A stretch of DNA of 64,000 bases. It comes from an uncultured virus (IMG/VR IMGVR_UViG_3300000478_000004). Taxonomy: Duplodnaviria > Heunggongvirae > Uroviricota > Caudoviricetes. Below, piece after piece: positions 10,311 to 19,006 of the stretch. The position numbers were made by a program, and so were the translations under genes. The stretch lies in IMG/VR virus record IMGVR_UViG_3300000478_000004. One strand, 5' to 3'. Under the pieces are notes generated by a model that searched no databases, was not told where the DNA came from, and worked only from the letters and a program-made list of their open reading frames with translations. Position 1 is the stretch's first letter. Each line of letters opens with the position of its first letter.

Positions 10311-12455
10311 ATGCCTATCACTAGAGATAGATTTCCGGGCACCAGAATAGAGGAAGAGCTTCGTCTTACAGACAGGACTTCTGACGGTGATCCGGTAGAT
10401 GAGCGTGCCTCTAGGTACGTGAGTGGTTCTTTTCGTTTACGCGACTCACTTGGTGTTTTCAACCCCAGAAATGCAGACGATGCCCTTCGGATAGTGGATG
10501 CGGACGGTGACACTTCTATTACTGTAGAAGCGTCGGCTGACGAAGACGTCATCAGGTTTAACCTAGGCAACACTCCAGGATTCGGTCCATTCACCAATGT
10601 TCTAACTATAGATTCGGCTAACGGATTCGTTTGGAATGACAATGGAGATGACCTTGACTTTAGGATGGAATCTGACGGTGTTGTGTCCATGTTTCGTATG
10701 GACGCTGCTCTTAATGCCATCGCTATAGGAGGATTGCCTACAGCTGGAGCCGGGTTTCAGCTGAAGGACGCAGAGGCTGTCATTGCTGCCAATCCTTCGC
10801 TGCTCAGAGTGTCTCAAACCGCAGCCTCGTTTGTTAACTCTGGTATTCTAATAGAGAAGACAGCAGCATCCAACGGTCCTGCTATAAGTATCACCGGATT
10901 GGGTGTAGCTTATCCTGCTATAAGGATGTCTGATCCTAACTCCCTGGTATCAGGAACTAGGTTGTTCCCAAACCAATTTACTTTTGACCAAGATTTCACT
11001 ATAAGGTGTGTTAATCTTGCTGCTGACTCCTCTTCCTCAATAGACCTGACTTTGGAATCTGGTCTGGGTTCCGTTGGTGCTACAGTTGCATCTGGGTCTG
11101 GTGGCGCTCTTTCCCTCAATTCAGGAATGGGTGGCGCTGGTACTGGTGCTGCCATAAATGGGGGTGATGGAGGTGTACTTTTTGTTACCGCTGGTAGCGG
11201 AGGAGCAAGCTCCAGCGGAGCGGGAGGAGACGGAGGGGATATACTTCTGACTGCGGGAAGTGGTGGTACTGGCTCTACCGGGTCAGGAGAAGGGGGTCGT
11301 GTAGATATATTTTCTGGCTCTGCTGGAACAGTAGGAAACGCAGTTGGTGGCTCTATTACTATTCAAACCGGAGAGAACAACGGAAACTTACCTGCAGGTA
11401 ATTTGAACATCATTGCAAGTTCGGCTCGTGCCGGATCTTCTGGGGATGGAGGATCCATTATTGTTACTGCAGGAGATGGTGGTGACGATGATGGGTCCAC
11501 CGTGGGCCAGGGTGGTGCTATCCAGTTCACTTCCGGTTCTGCAGGATCATCCACTACCAGCGGACCTAGTATTGGAGGTGGGATAAACTTCAATGGGGGT
11601 GACGGATCGTCCGGAAGCGGAACAGTAGCAGGCGGTCCTGGCGGATCTATCAAGTTTGACCCTGGTTCAGGCGGAGCAGACGGAGGTGCGGGAGCAGGTT
11701 CTGTTGGTGTGATCAATTTTGGGCAATTTGTTCAAACTAACGTTGCTATCAATGGAGATGCTCTTCCCGGCCTTGAGGATCTTCAAATATACAGTCAGAA
11801 TGCTGGTGCCATACGAATATATCCATATTCAGCAGCGGCAGGAGGCACAGCAGAGCTTAGATTTGCGGAGCTTACTGCCAACGGAATACATCACGTTGGA
11901 TTTAAGGCCCCTGACTCTATCGCTGCAGACCAGATATGGACCCTCCCGGCTACAGACGGTACTACAGTCAACGACAGACTTGTTACTGACGCGGTTGGTA
12001 ATCTAAGTTTCTTTACTCAATCTATTGCTAACATTTACGACGCTGCTGGTGGAACTGTGATTCCTGGTGCTCCCGGTGTGCTTCTTCCTTGTGCTACTAC
12101 AAGGATAGCAGATGCCGACTACACAGTAGGCGGGGGTGGCACCACTGTAACCTTCAACAGTACTGGCGTGTATCAGATATTCTATTCCTTTACTTTTGCA
12201 AAGACTGCTGGGGGAGGTTTCACTACAGTTTCCTGCGCGCTTCAGGAGGACTCTGGCGGTCCCTTCGTGTCTATCCCTGGCTCATTGAGTTCCGGTCTAG
12301 TTAACAACGGAAACCAAGTAACAGCCACCCAATCTGTTATAGCTTCCATAACTTCTGGTACAACTGTTCGGTGGGGGGCTGTTATTGTTGCTGGTGGAGG
12401 TACCGTCGTAACCGTAGCAAACAATGGTGCCGTAAGTATCGTGAGGATGCGCTGA
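10311..12455 (+). CDS. Gly-rich virion fibre protein sharing modules with ORF 3-3464
   Basis: 714 aa. DADGDTSITVEASADEDVIRFNLG and ELRFAELTANGIHHVGFKAPD modules; GGxIxxxxGxG repeats; C-terminal beta-sandwich. Confidence 0.65.
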   Translation: MPITRDRFPGTRIEEELRLTDRTSDGDPVDERASRYVSGSFRLRDSLGVFNPRNADDALRIVDADGDTSITVEASADEDVIRFNLGNTPGFGPFTNVLTIDSANGFVWNDNGDDLDFRMESDGVVSMFRMDAALNAIAIGGLPTAGAGFQLKDAEAVIAANPSLLRVSQTAASFVNSGILIEKTAASNGPAISITGLGVAYPAIRMSDPNSLVSGTRLFPNQFTFDQDFTIRCVNLAADSSSSIDLTLESGLGSVGATVASGSGGALSLNSGMGGAGTGAAINGGDGGVLFVTAGSGGASSSGAGGDGGDILLTAGSGGTGSTGSGEGGRVDIFSGSAGTVGNAVGGSITIQTGENNGNLPAGNLNIIASSARAGSSGDGGSIIVTAGDGGDDDGSTVGQGGAIQFTSGSAGSSTTSGPSIGGGINFNGGDGSSGSGTVAGGPGGSIKFDPGSGGADGGAGAGSVGVINFGQFVQTNVAINGDALPGLEDLQIYSQNAGAIRIYPYSAAAGGTAELRFAELTANGIHHVGFKAPDSIAADQIWTLPATDGTTVNDRLVTDAVGNLSFFTQSIANIYDAAGGTVIPGAPGVLLPCATTRIADADYTVGGGGTTVTFNSTGVYQIFYSFTFAKTAGGGFTTVSCALQEDSGGPFVSIPGSLSSGLVNNGNQVTATQSVIASITSGTTVRWGAVIVAGGGTVVTVANNGAVSIVRMR

Positions 12456-13090
12456 TGCCTACATACACGTACAACACATCTCTATTTCCATCTGGATTTG
12501 CAGATACAGACTTGTTGGCTTTAGAAATAGCTGCTGCTGGTCTTGGATCCTACGATGGGTGCTACTTCTCCAACAACTTCACAACTAGCGTCATAGAAGC
12601 CAACCTTATCTTCTCTGTCACGCTAACAGGACCTCAGGTATTTACTCTTAATGCTGTCGTAGCTGCCCACGCATACTCAGGTACCGTTAACACTTCTGGT
12701 TCCTTGGGTACGGTAAGCTTTGGAAATAACTATCAGGCGGTTACCAGCCCTGGTCTATCCACCACAACCTCGGCAGTATTTCAGACTAAATTGTCTATGA
12801 CTACGCCTCTATTGTCCGGCACCTACAGGGTACAGTGGTACGCAGTTTGTCAACAAACAAATATAGCAGATGCAGTACAATCTAGACTACAGAACATTAC
12901 TGACGTTGCTACTATAGGACCGATTCAAGAAAAAGAGCCCAAGGACACCAATGACAGGTTTCCAGTTGGGGGCATTGGTACAGTTGTATTCACAGGCTCC
13001 GCCAAGACCTTTGAGATACAGTACCGGCAACAGAGAGGAAGTACAGCTGGTATAGAGGACGCCAGAATAGAGATTTGGAGGATAGCCTGA
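12455..13090 (+). CDS. Putative virion protein, MxxYTY family member 1
   Basis: Start moved to ATG 12455 (TGATG overlap), giving MPTYTYNTS. N-terminal domain paralogous to the next two genes. Confidence 0.6.
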   Translation: MPTYTYNTSLFPSGFADTDLLALEIAAAGLGSYDGCYFSNNFTTSVIEANLIFSVTLTGPQVFTLNAVVAAHAYSGTVNTSGSLGTVSFGNNYQAVTSPGLSTTTSAVFQTKLSMTTPLLSGTYRVQWYAVCQQTNIADAVQSRLQNITDVATIGPIQEKEPKDTNDRFPVGGIGTVVFTGSAKTFEIQYRQQRGSTAGIEDARIEIWRIA

Positions 13091-14037
13091 TGGCTATATA
13101 TACTTACTCCATCTCTTCCGACGTGACCGCTGGTACGGTTTACTCTGACGGAATACACGCAGAGATATCAGGATCTGCAATAGTGGCAACTTTTGTCGGA
13201 ATCACGATAGAGGGTGATGTTCTTTCTATAGATTTTTCCTCCATACTTTCAGTTTTTCAAGAAGCGGTTCTTGATTTGCTGGTGCAGAATCATCCAGGAA
13301 TAGTTCCACCTTCCTCCCCTGATAGCACTGATCTCAGTTTCAATCCAACTGGAAACATTTCTTCTACAACAATACAAAGTGCCATTGAAGAATTGGACTC
13401 AGAAAAGCTTCCTACCACAACTACAGTTTCTTCTTTAGGAGGTGATGTTGCTGGCAGCCCTAGGCCCCCTAATGGTCCTGCTTCGGGTCAACTTGGTGGT
13501 ACCTATCCTTCTCCCGACGTAAGAGGTATACGAACTACCTCTGGACCTACTCTTCTTACCATAGGTGCAATTGCTGACCGCCAGATTCCTAGACGCATAG
13601 GCTCCTCTTTGGTGGGTGTTTCGAACTTCATGGAGTTCATAGGTTTTGCCGTTGACGAGTCCGTAAGTATTACTACAAGTACTACAAATCAAGTAAAACT
13701 AACTTACAATGCGGGAACCATTTCATCCGGTACCTACATGATACTTGTTACTTATGGTTGGAACCACGATGCTACTAATAATGGGTTCGAGGGGTACGTG
13801 GAACTGAACAATGGGTCTGGATTTTCTCAAATTGGCGAGCACCATCAGCAAGAACCGCAGGATTCCAACGGCACTTTCGGATCTACCGGAACAGACCAGC
13901 GACATTACCTAACTAGGTTTTTTGTTAGATCCCTTGTTTCCGCCCCCACTTCTATAAGGGTACTTTATCGTACTAACTCTGGTGGTGTCAGGTCTTCTAT
14001 TTGGGACACCTATATTGCTCTAATAAAGGTAGGGTAG
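13090..14037 (+). CDS. Putative virion protein, MxxYTY family member 2
   Basis: Start at ATG 13090 (TGATG overlap), MAIYTYSISSD. Carries TIQSAIEELD and GPASGQLGGTYPSP fibre motifs. Confidence 0.6.
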   Translation: MAIYTYSISSDVTAGTVYSDGIHAEISGSAIVATFVGITIEGDVLSIDFSSILSVFQEAVLDLLVQNHPGIVPPSSPDSTDLSFNPTGNISSTTIQSAIEELDSEKLPTTTTVSSLGGDVAGSPRPPNGPASGQLGGTYPSPDVRGIRTTSGPTLLTIGAIADRQIPRRIGSSLVGVSNFMEFIGFAVDESVSITTSTTNQVKLTYNAGTISSGTYMILVTYGWNHDATNNGFEGYVELNNGSGFSQIGEHHQQEPQDSNGTFGSTGTDQRHYLTRFFVRSLVSAPTSIRVLYRTNSGGVRSSIWDTYIALIKVG

Positions 14038-14038
14038 A

Positions 14039-14740
14039 ATGCCCATATACACATATTCAGTATCGTCAGACACAGCCAATGGAGTAGTTTCTGCTTCTTC
14101 TTTGGACAAGGAGATTCGAGAGGATTCCTCCGTTCCAATAGAGCTGATCGGGATTACAGTTTCTGGGGATGTTTTGTCTATAGAATTTCAGGCAGACCTA
14201 TCCCCCTCTCAGGAATCATCACTTTCTTCTTTGGTCGCCCTACACCAAGGAATTCCTGACGTCACTACGGATACACCAGTAAATAGTGACGGTATACCTC
14301 TAGTAGCTTTTCCACGGATACAGCCGGGAGGAGTACCTCAGGTATCCATAGTACCACGAAAAGGCTCTGAGCTAATATTAGCCACCCACAACTTCTGCGA
14401 CAGAAGGAGTTGGTATCAGTATTCTGTTAGGGTGGAAGATTCTGTGTGTACCGAGGTATCGCCAGGGGTGTGGAAGCCATCCATCGATGTTTCTTTCATA
14501 GACATGTACCACGGAAAAGTGTTCAGGGAGTACATCTATAGGGAGTTGCAAGAACACAATTACAAGGTAAAAGTTACAGTATCCGGAGTGGAGAAGGTTG
14601 AGCGTGCGCCATTTTCCTCTTCCGGCGGAGACTATACAGTAGACTACGCAAATGGCACAGTATCTTCTGTGTCTGAAGACTGGACTGGACTGGAGGTACT
14701 GTGTTCTTTTTCACACCCCACTATCGCGCATTGGGTCTGA
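14039..14740 (+). CDS. Putative virion protein, MxxYTY family member 3 (possibly the N-part of a frameshifted gene)
   Basis: MPIYTYSVSSD; stops at TGA 14738-14740 inside a 40-nt overlap with a -1 frame ORF. Confidence 0.6.
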   Translation: MPIYTYSVSSDTANGVVSASSLDKEIREDSSVPIELIGITVSGDVLSIEFQADLSPSQESSLSSLVALHQGIPDVTTDTPVNSDGIPLVAFPRIQPGGVPQVSIVPRKGSELILATHNFCDRRSWYQYSVRVEDSVCTEVSPGVWKPSIDVSFIDMYHGKVFREYIYRELQEHNYKVKVTVSGVEKVERAPFSSSGGDYTVDYANGTVSSVSEDWTGLEVLCSFSHPTIAHWV

Positions 14741-15225
14741 GGCCAGATCAGGGTAAATCCCTCTCTATAGAAAAAGCAGAAATACAGTTTTCTACCGATA
14801 TAGAATTCACGGCCAACCTGTACATGCAGGTATGGGGATATGTCGACATATTTGCACCATCCCTAATAGGAAACGTACTAAATCCGCTTACAGGACAGAA
14901 CTTTTCACCTGGAGACAGGCTGCCCATAGAGAACCCACCAATAACCTACACCAGCTTGGACCAGCTAGTAGACGAAGCTATCGCGGCATATCCAGAAATA
15001 CCTGCTATGAGTGGGTCTACAGGTAGGGGATTTAATCATCCAAAGCAGATTTTTCAGTTTCATTATGCCACGGAGAGATCTATATTTTCTTCACTGGGTA
15101 TGGAGATACATTTCTTCACAGAGGATGACGTAGAGTACGGAGGGGAAAGGGCAACGGCTACCTTCTATTGCACTTCTGAATCCGACCCTGGTGTTACGGC
15201 TGCTCTTACACTTCTTTCTGGGTGA
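14701..15225 (+). CDS. Hypothetical protein; possible -1 frame continuation of 14039-14740
   Basis: GTG start only 3-4 nt after GGAGGT; fills the gap to the patatin gene. Confidence 0.5.
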   Translation: MFFFTPHYRALGLRPDQGKSLSIEKAEIQFSTDIEFTANLYMQVWGYVDIFAPSLIGNVLNPLTGQNFSPGDRLPIENPPITYTSLDQLVDEAIAAYPEIPAMSGSTGRGFNHPKQIFQFHYATERSIFSSLGMEIHFFTEDDVEYGGERATATFYCTSESDPGVTAALTLLSG

Positions 15226-15229
15226 CATC

Positions 15230-16099
15230 ATGCATGCTTTAGTACTTAGTGGTGGAGGAAGAAAAGGAGCCTATCAAGTGGGTGCTCTAAAGCATCTACT
15301 TGGAGACCTAGGCGTTCGATACGACATCCTATCCGGAATCTCTGTTGGGTCTTTGAACTGTGGGTTTCTTTCCATGTTTCCTTGCGGCAAGGAAAAAGAG
15401 GCTCTTGAGGAACTTTTGTCTATTTGGACTGGGTTGCGTGGTACTAAGGACATCCATGTTCCCTGGTATAAGGGCGTTCTGTGGGTTCTTCCTCTTTTAT
15501 GGAAAACCAGTTTAAGGAACTCCTCCCCTCTGGAGAAGTTGGTCAGAAGAAGACTCGATGTCTCTGCCTCTAGATCGTCAGGCCGGGAACTTAGAGTAGG
15601 GGCCGTATCTCTCACTACTGGGCAGTATAGAGTGTTCGACCAGAATTATTCGGATTTGCCCTCTGCTATACTCGCTAGTTCTTCTTTCCCTGGAATACTA
15701 AAGCCAGTTAAAATGGAGAATGAGCTTTGGACAGATGGCGGGGTTCGTGACATCACACCAATACAAGCTGCTATAGACGCAGGCGCCACTTCTATAGACA
15801 TAGTGGTTACAAGTCCTTTGGATGGCGTTGGTATGGGGTTTGACCGCACACCTAATACCCTAGATTTGGGCATAAGAGTACTAGACATCATGTCGGACGA
15901 GATCCTTTTAGAGGATTTCACCAAGACAAAGCTCATAAACGATCTGGTACTATCGGGGTCAGCCCCTGACAAGAAGTACATACCCCTTAGGCTACTTGCC
16001 CCTAGTCGAATACTTACTACAGACCCTATGAGTTTCGACCCAAAAGTAACACTGGATTTGATAGAAGAGGGTTATAGGGACGCATCTAAGTTCTTTTAG
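15230..16099 (+). CDS. Patatin-like phospholipase
   Basis: Start at ATG 15230 (MHALVLSGGG). Oxyanion loop LSGGGRKGAYQVG, nucleophile GISVG (GxSxG), ASSSFP and catalytic DGG are all intact. Confidence 0.9.
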   Translation: MHALVLSGGGRKGAYQVGALKHLLGDLGVRYDILSGISVGSLNCGFLSMFPCGKEKEALEELLSIWTGLRGTKDIHVPWYKGVLWVLPLLWKTSLRNSSPLEKLVRRRLDVSASRSSGRELRVGAVSLTTGQYRVFDQNYSDLPSAILASSSFPGILKPVKMENELWTDGGVRDITPIQAAIDAGATSIDIVVTSPLDGVGMGFDRTPNTLDLGIRVLDIMSDEILLEDFTKTKLINDLVLSGSAPDKKYIPLRLLAPSRILTTDPMSFDPKVTLDLIEEGYRDASKFF

Positions 16100-16170
16100 A
16101 GTTAGTGCCAGCCATAATATAGTTATTTAGTAATCAACTGACGGGTTGTTCCGTCTATAGGAGAAAAAGA

Positions 16171-16545
16171 ATGCCTACTCTTTCCGTAACCAACCGTACA
16201 GCCAGCCGTCTTCCGGTTGGGCAGTTTGTTGGAGTCCTGGAACCTAATGAGGTTCGCCAGGTAGACCTTACTGCACAGGAATTGGAGCTTTCTAAGCCCA
16301 CCCTTGTATCCCTTGCTGCAGGTAACTACATTCAGTTCACCGTAAACCCAACAAGTCAGGATGCAGACAACCAGGCTGAGCCTGTTATGGGTGGAGCAAA
16401 GGTTCTTGCTGGTACAGGAGATCCGAATGGTGCTGTTTTGGGCAGCGTTGGCGACATGTACGTCCGTAAGGATGGCGGCGCAGGTACAACTTTGTATGTC
16501 AAGGAAGCTGGCGCAAACACAACCGCTGGCTGGGCTGCTAAGTGA
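16171..16545 (+). CDS. Putative virion/decoration protein
   Basis: RBS aggag. N-domain paralogous to 7537-8067; C-terminal GTGDPNGAVLGSVGDMYVRKDGGAGTTLYVKE..GW motif seen in phage tail and fibre proteins. Confidence 0.6.
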   Translation: MPTLSVTNRTASRLPVGQFVGVLEPNEVRQVDLTAQELELSKPTLVSLAAGNYIQFTVNPTSQDADNQAEPVMGGAKVLAGTGDPNGAVLGSVGDMYVRKDGGAGTTLYVKEAGANTTAGWAAK

Positions 16546-16590
16546 GCATTTCTGAGACTTCCTCAGTCTTACTAATTTTGGAGAAAATTT

Positions 16591-17076
16591 ATGCCTAGAT
16601 TCGACGTAAAGAATCCCAATGGTAGTCTTGTATTCGTAGGAAAGGTAAGGGTTAAGCCCTACGCCAATTTCAGTGCGAATCTTGACTCCTTCACGGCCAG
16701 AGAACTTTCTAAGTTCGGTGTATCCGTAAAGCCTGTTATCGTAGAAGAGGCCCCGTCTTCCAAGAAGAAGGAGAGCAAGCCAAAACCTGCTCTGGTGACT
16801 CTTCCGGAGGAGCCTGTCGTAGAAAAGACGGAAACAAAAGTAAAGGAAGAAGAGCCCGCTCCTGTTGTTGAGGCGGTCGAGCCCGCTAAGTCCGCATCTG
16901 TTGAAGAGGCCGATACTGCGGAGGAGGCAGTTGACTCCGCTACTGTTGAAGAGGCCTCTACTGGAGACTCCTCAGAGGAAGAAGAGCCCGAAGAGGACGC
17001 TTCTACCAAAGATTCAGATGAAGAAGTTTCGGCAGAGGCCCCTAAGCGCAGGAAGAAGCGCCGTTCTCGCGAATGA
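16591..17076 (+). CDS. Hypothetical protein with acidic low-complexity region and basic tail
   Basis: RBS ggag; E/A-rich; ends PKRRKKRRSRE. Confidence 0.6.
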   Translation: MPRFDVKNPNGSLVFVGKVRVKPYANFSANLDSFTARELSKFGVSVKPVIVEEAPSSKKKESKPKPALVTLPEEPVVEKTETKVKEEEPAPVVEAVEPAKSASVEEADTAEEAVDSATVEEASTGDSSEEEEPEEDASTKDSDEEVSAEAPKRRKKRRSRE

Positions 17077-18032
17077 CCAATATTCGAAGACGAGTCTTTG
17101 GCTCCTACAGTGGTCCTCAGGTCTTAGGCACAGAGCCCTTTCTACTAGACATACCCTCTTCCTCTCACTGGGATAGGGTTCTTTACCTCACTTCTCTTGT
17201 GGAGTCGGGGGCTAAGTTTGGTTCCATTACCATGTACGATGGTACGGCTGTCACTGCTGGTTTACATCAGGCCATAGCTGTGTACCCAAAGGAATTAGCC
17301 TCCGAGGATTTCTACGCTGAAGATGATCAGGGTTCCTTTTGGGAATTACTTCGCAAGCTTGAGCTTGTTCCAGAACTAAAAGAGTACTCTGTTGTTAGCA
17401 GTATGCTAAAGAACCAGAACTGGTACCTGGCCCAGGACTCTTTGCTGCGGTACCTAACTGACTCGGAGGTAGCACTCAAGGGAAAGCGGATAAAGGTCAA
17501 GGCGGGGGATGTGGTTTTCGGATCTAGCATCAGAGATGAATTCACTCCCAAAGGAGGAAAGGTACCCTCAAGAGGTCCTATGTGGGACAAGTCTTCTTCT
17601 TGGGCCCTAGCTTTTCATCGTCTTTTTTCTAATCCACGGACTTTTCCTGCTCAAGTACAATTTGGCGCCTCTCATTTCCATCGTCTCTCTTCTACTCGTA
17701 GAGTAGGTGGGTCTACTGTTTCTTCTATTTTGTATGGGGACGTCTCTTTGTCTCCTTCCTATGACCTCGCACTAGCAGTGTTTTGGAGTCATAGTGTTAA
17801 TGCCCCTTCTATTTCCTTCCGGATTCTTAGGGAATGTCTGGATTCTCTAGGAGAAGTTGGCGACCAGGAAAAATTTGCTCATACATTACTACGTAAGCTA
17901 GCTCTGTCAAATTATGGCAGGTGGCATTGGACAACAAAAAACGGCAGGTGGCAAAGAACTAGAAAATTTGCTATGAAAATGTGGGACCACTCTTTGTTTT
18001 CCAGAACAGGAATTATGCCCTCTTCTTTGTAA
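17073..18032 (+). CDS. Possible lysozyme-fold peptidoglycan hydrolase
   Basis: 319 aa. LVESGAKFGSITMYDGTAVTAGLHQ resembles the Glu-Ser .. YD .. GxxQ core of lysozyme-like enzymes; function is inference. Confidence 0.4.
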   Translation: MTNIRRRVFGSYSGPQVLGTEPFLLDIPSSSHWDRVLYLTSLVESGAKFGSITMYDGTAVTAGLHQAIAVYPKELASEDFYAEDDQGSFWELLRKLELVPELKEYSVVSSMLKNQNWYLAQDSLLRYLTDSEVALKGKRIKVKAGDVVFGSSIRDEFTPKGGKVPSRGPMWDKSSSWALAFHRLFSNPRTFPAQVQFGASHFHRLSSTRRVGGSTVSSILYGDVSLSPSYDLALAVFWSHSVNAPSISFRILRECLDSLGEVGDQEKFAHTLLRKLALSNYGRWHWTTKNGRWQRTRKFAMKMWDHSLFSRTGIMPSSL

Positions 18033-18044
18033 AAGGAAATGAAC

Positions 18045-18212
18045 ATGCCAACAGTAAGATATGGTGAAGTAGTTCACACTAATGATGTTCCATCCTCTCT
18101 GGAGGATAGACTGAAGATCAAGAGAGACCTTCAGGAAAGCCCAGAAGCAGAACCCGGCCAAGAGCAGCAGACTAATCCTAAACTAAACCAAAAGCCTAAG
18201 AGGTCAGAATGA
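18045..18212 (+). CDS. Small hypothetical protein (55 aa), absent from the ORF track
   Basis: RBS aagga 7 nt upstream; MPTVRYGEVVHTNDVPSSLEDRLKIKRDLQESPEAEPGQEQQTNPKLNQKPKRSE; ATGA overlap with the next gene. Confidence 0.6.
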   Translation: MPTVRYGEVVHTNDVPSSLEDRLKIKRDLQESPEAEPGQEQQTNPKLNQKPKRSE

Positions 18213-18928
18213 GCAGCGATAAAAGTGCATTTGTTTACCTGGACGACTTGCTCGACAGTAAGCAGCCCATCTACGTGAGAAACATCTACCCTAAGAGGGG
18301 TGCTCTCGTTATCACCCTAAACGACGGAAGCAGGACTCACAGAGAGATTATACCAAACACTAAGTTTCCTGTGTGTCTCTCCAACAAGGCTACTCCGTCT
18401 ATGATCCGAAATTCTAAGGATCTTCGTGAGTGCCTTGACAGGGGTGCCCTTACTTTGGTTCCGAAAGAGCAGGCGGAGAAGGAACTCTCAGACCCTGCTG
18501 TCAGAGAAGCACTGGCGGAAGCTCATTCTAGGCTTTCTCCCCGCTCTGCTGCTGTTCAGAAGGCGAGGGCCACTAATGATGAGGGCGAAGACCTTACCTC
18601 TCTAGGTAGTGCCTACTCTTCTAAGGCAGAGAAGCAGGCCCCTACAAGGTCTGATGTGATTGAGGATGCCGCTCCAGAAGATGATGGTGACGAGGAGTAC
18701 AGCGACGTAAACATTCGCGTTCAAACACTCGTTGCTTCCCTAGAATCTAAGGACATGAAGAGCAGACAAGTTAAGTCTGAACTTATGTCCATGGACCTCA
18801 CGGAAGGAGACCTTAGCTACCTCATCGACAATACCGTTGGTATCGTGCAGAAGTACGCAAAGGAGCGATACGCTGAACTGACTGGGGTCCTTCATGCAGG
18901 GGACGAGGACAGCGAATTTAGCGAGTGA
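18209..18928 (+). CDS. Hypothetical protein
   Basis: 239 aa ORF, coupled by ATGA overlap, acidic C-terminal half. Confidence 0.65.
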   Translation: MSSDKSAFVYLDDLLDSKQPIYVRNIYPKRGALVITLNDGSRTHREIIPNTKFPVCLSNKATPSMIRNSKDLRECLDRGALTLVPKEQAEKELSDPAVREALAEAHSRLSPRSAAVQKARATNDEGEDLTSLGSAYSSKAEKQAPTRSDVIEDAAPEDDGDEEYSDVNIRVQTLVASLESKDMKSRQVKSELMSMDLTEGDLSYLIDNTVGIVQKYAKERYAELTGVLHAGDEDSEFSE

Positions 18929-18949
18929 TAGTTAACTTTCACTATTTCG

Positions 18950-18989
18950 GAAATAGGTACCTTAGTCACGTGACTAAGGTACCTATTTC
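18950..18989. repeat. 40-bp perfect palindrome with no spacer
   Basis: gaaataggtaccttagtcac|gtgactaaggtacctatttc; the arms are exact reverse complements. Confidence 0.95.
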
Positions 18990-19006
18990 GCTTATATAGA
19001 GATGAT

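Noticed and set aside
3..12455. Diversity-generating retroelement (TR/VR pair) among the fibre repeats
   Set aside because: Differences between copies appear mostly synonymous and not adenine-specific, and no reverse transcriptase is present in the window.
15230..16099. CBASS defence operon
   Set aside because: The patatin has no neighbouring CD-NTase or Cap2/Cap3 genes.
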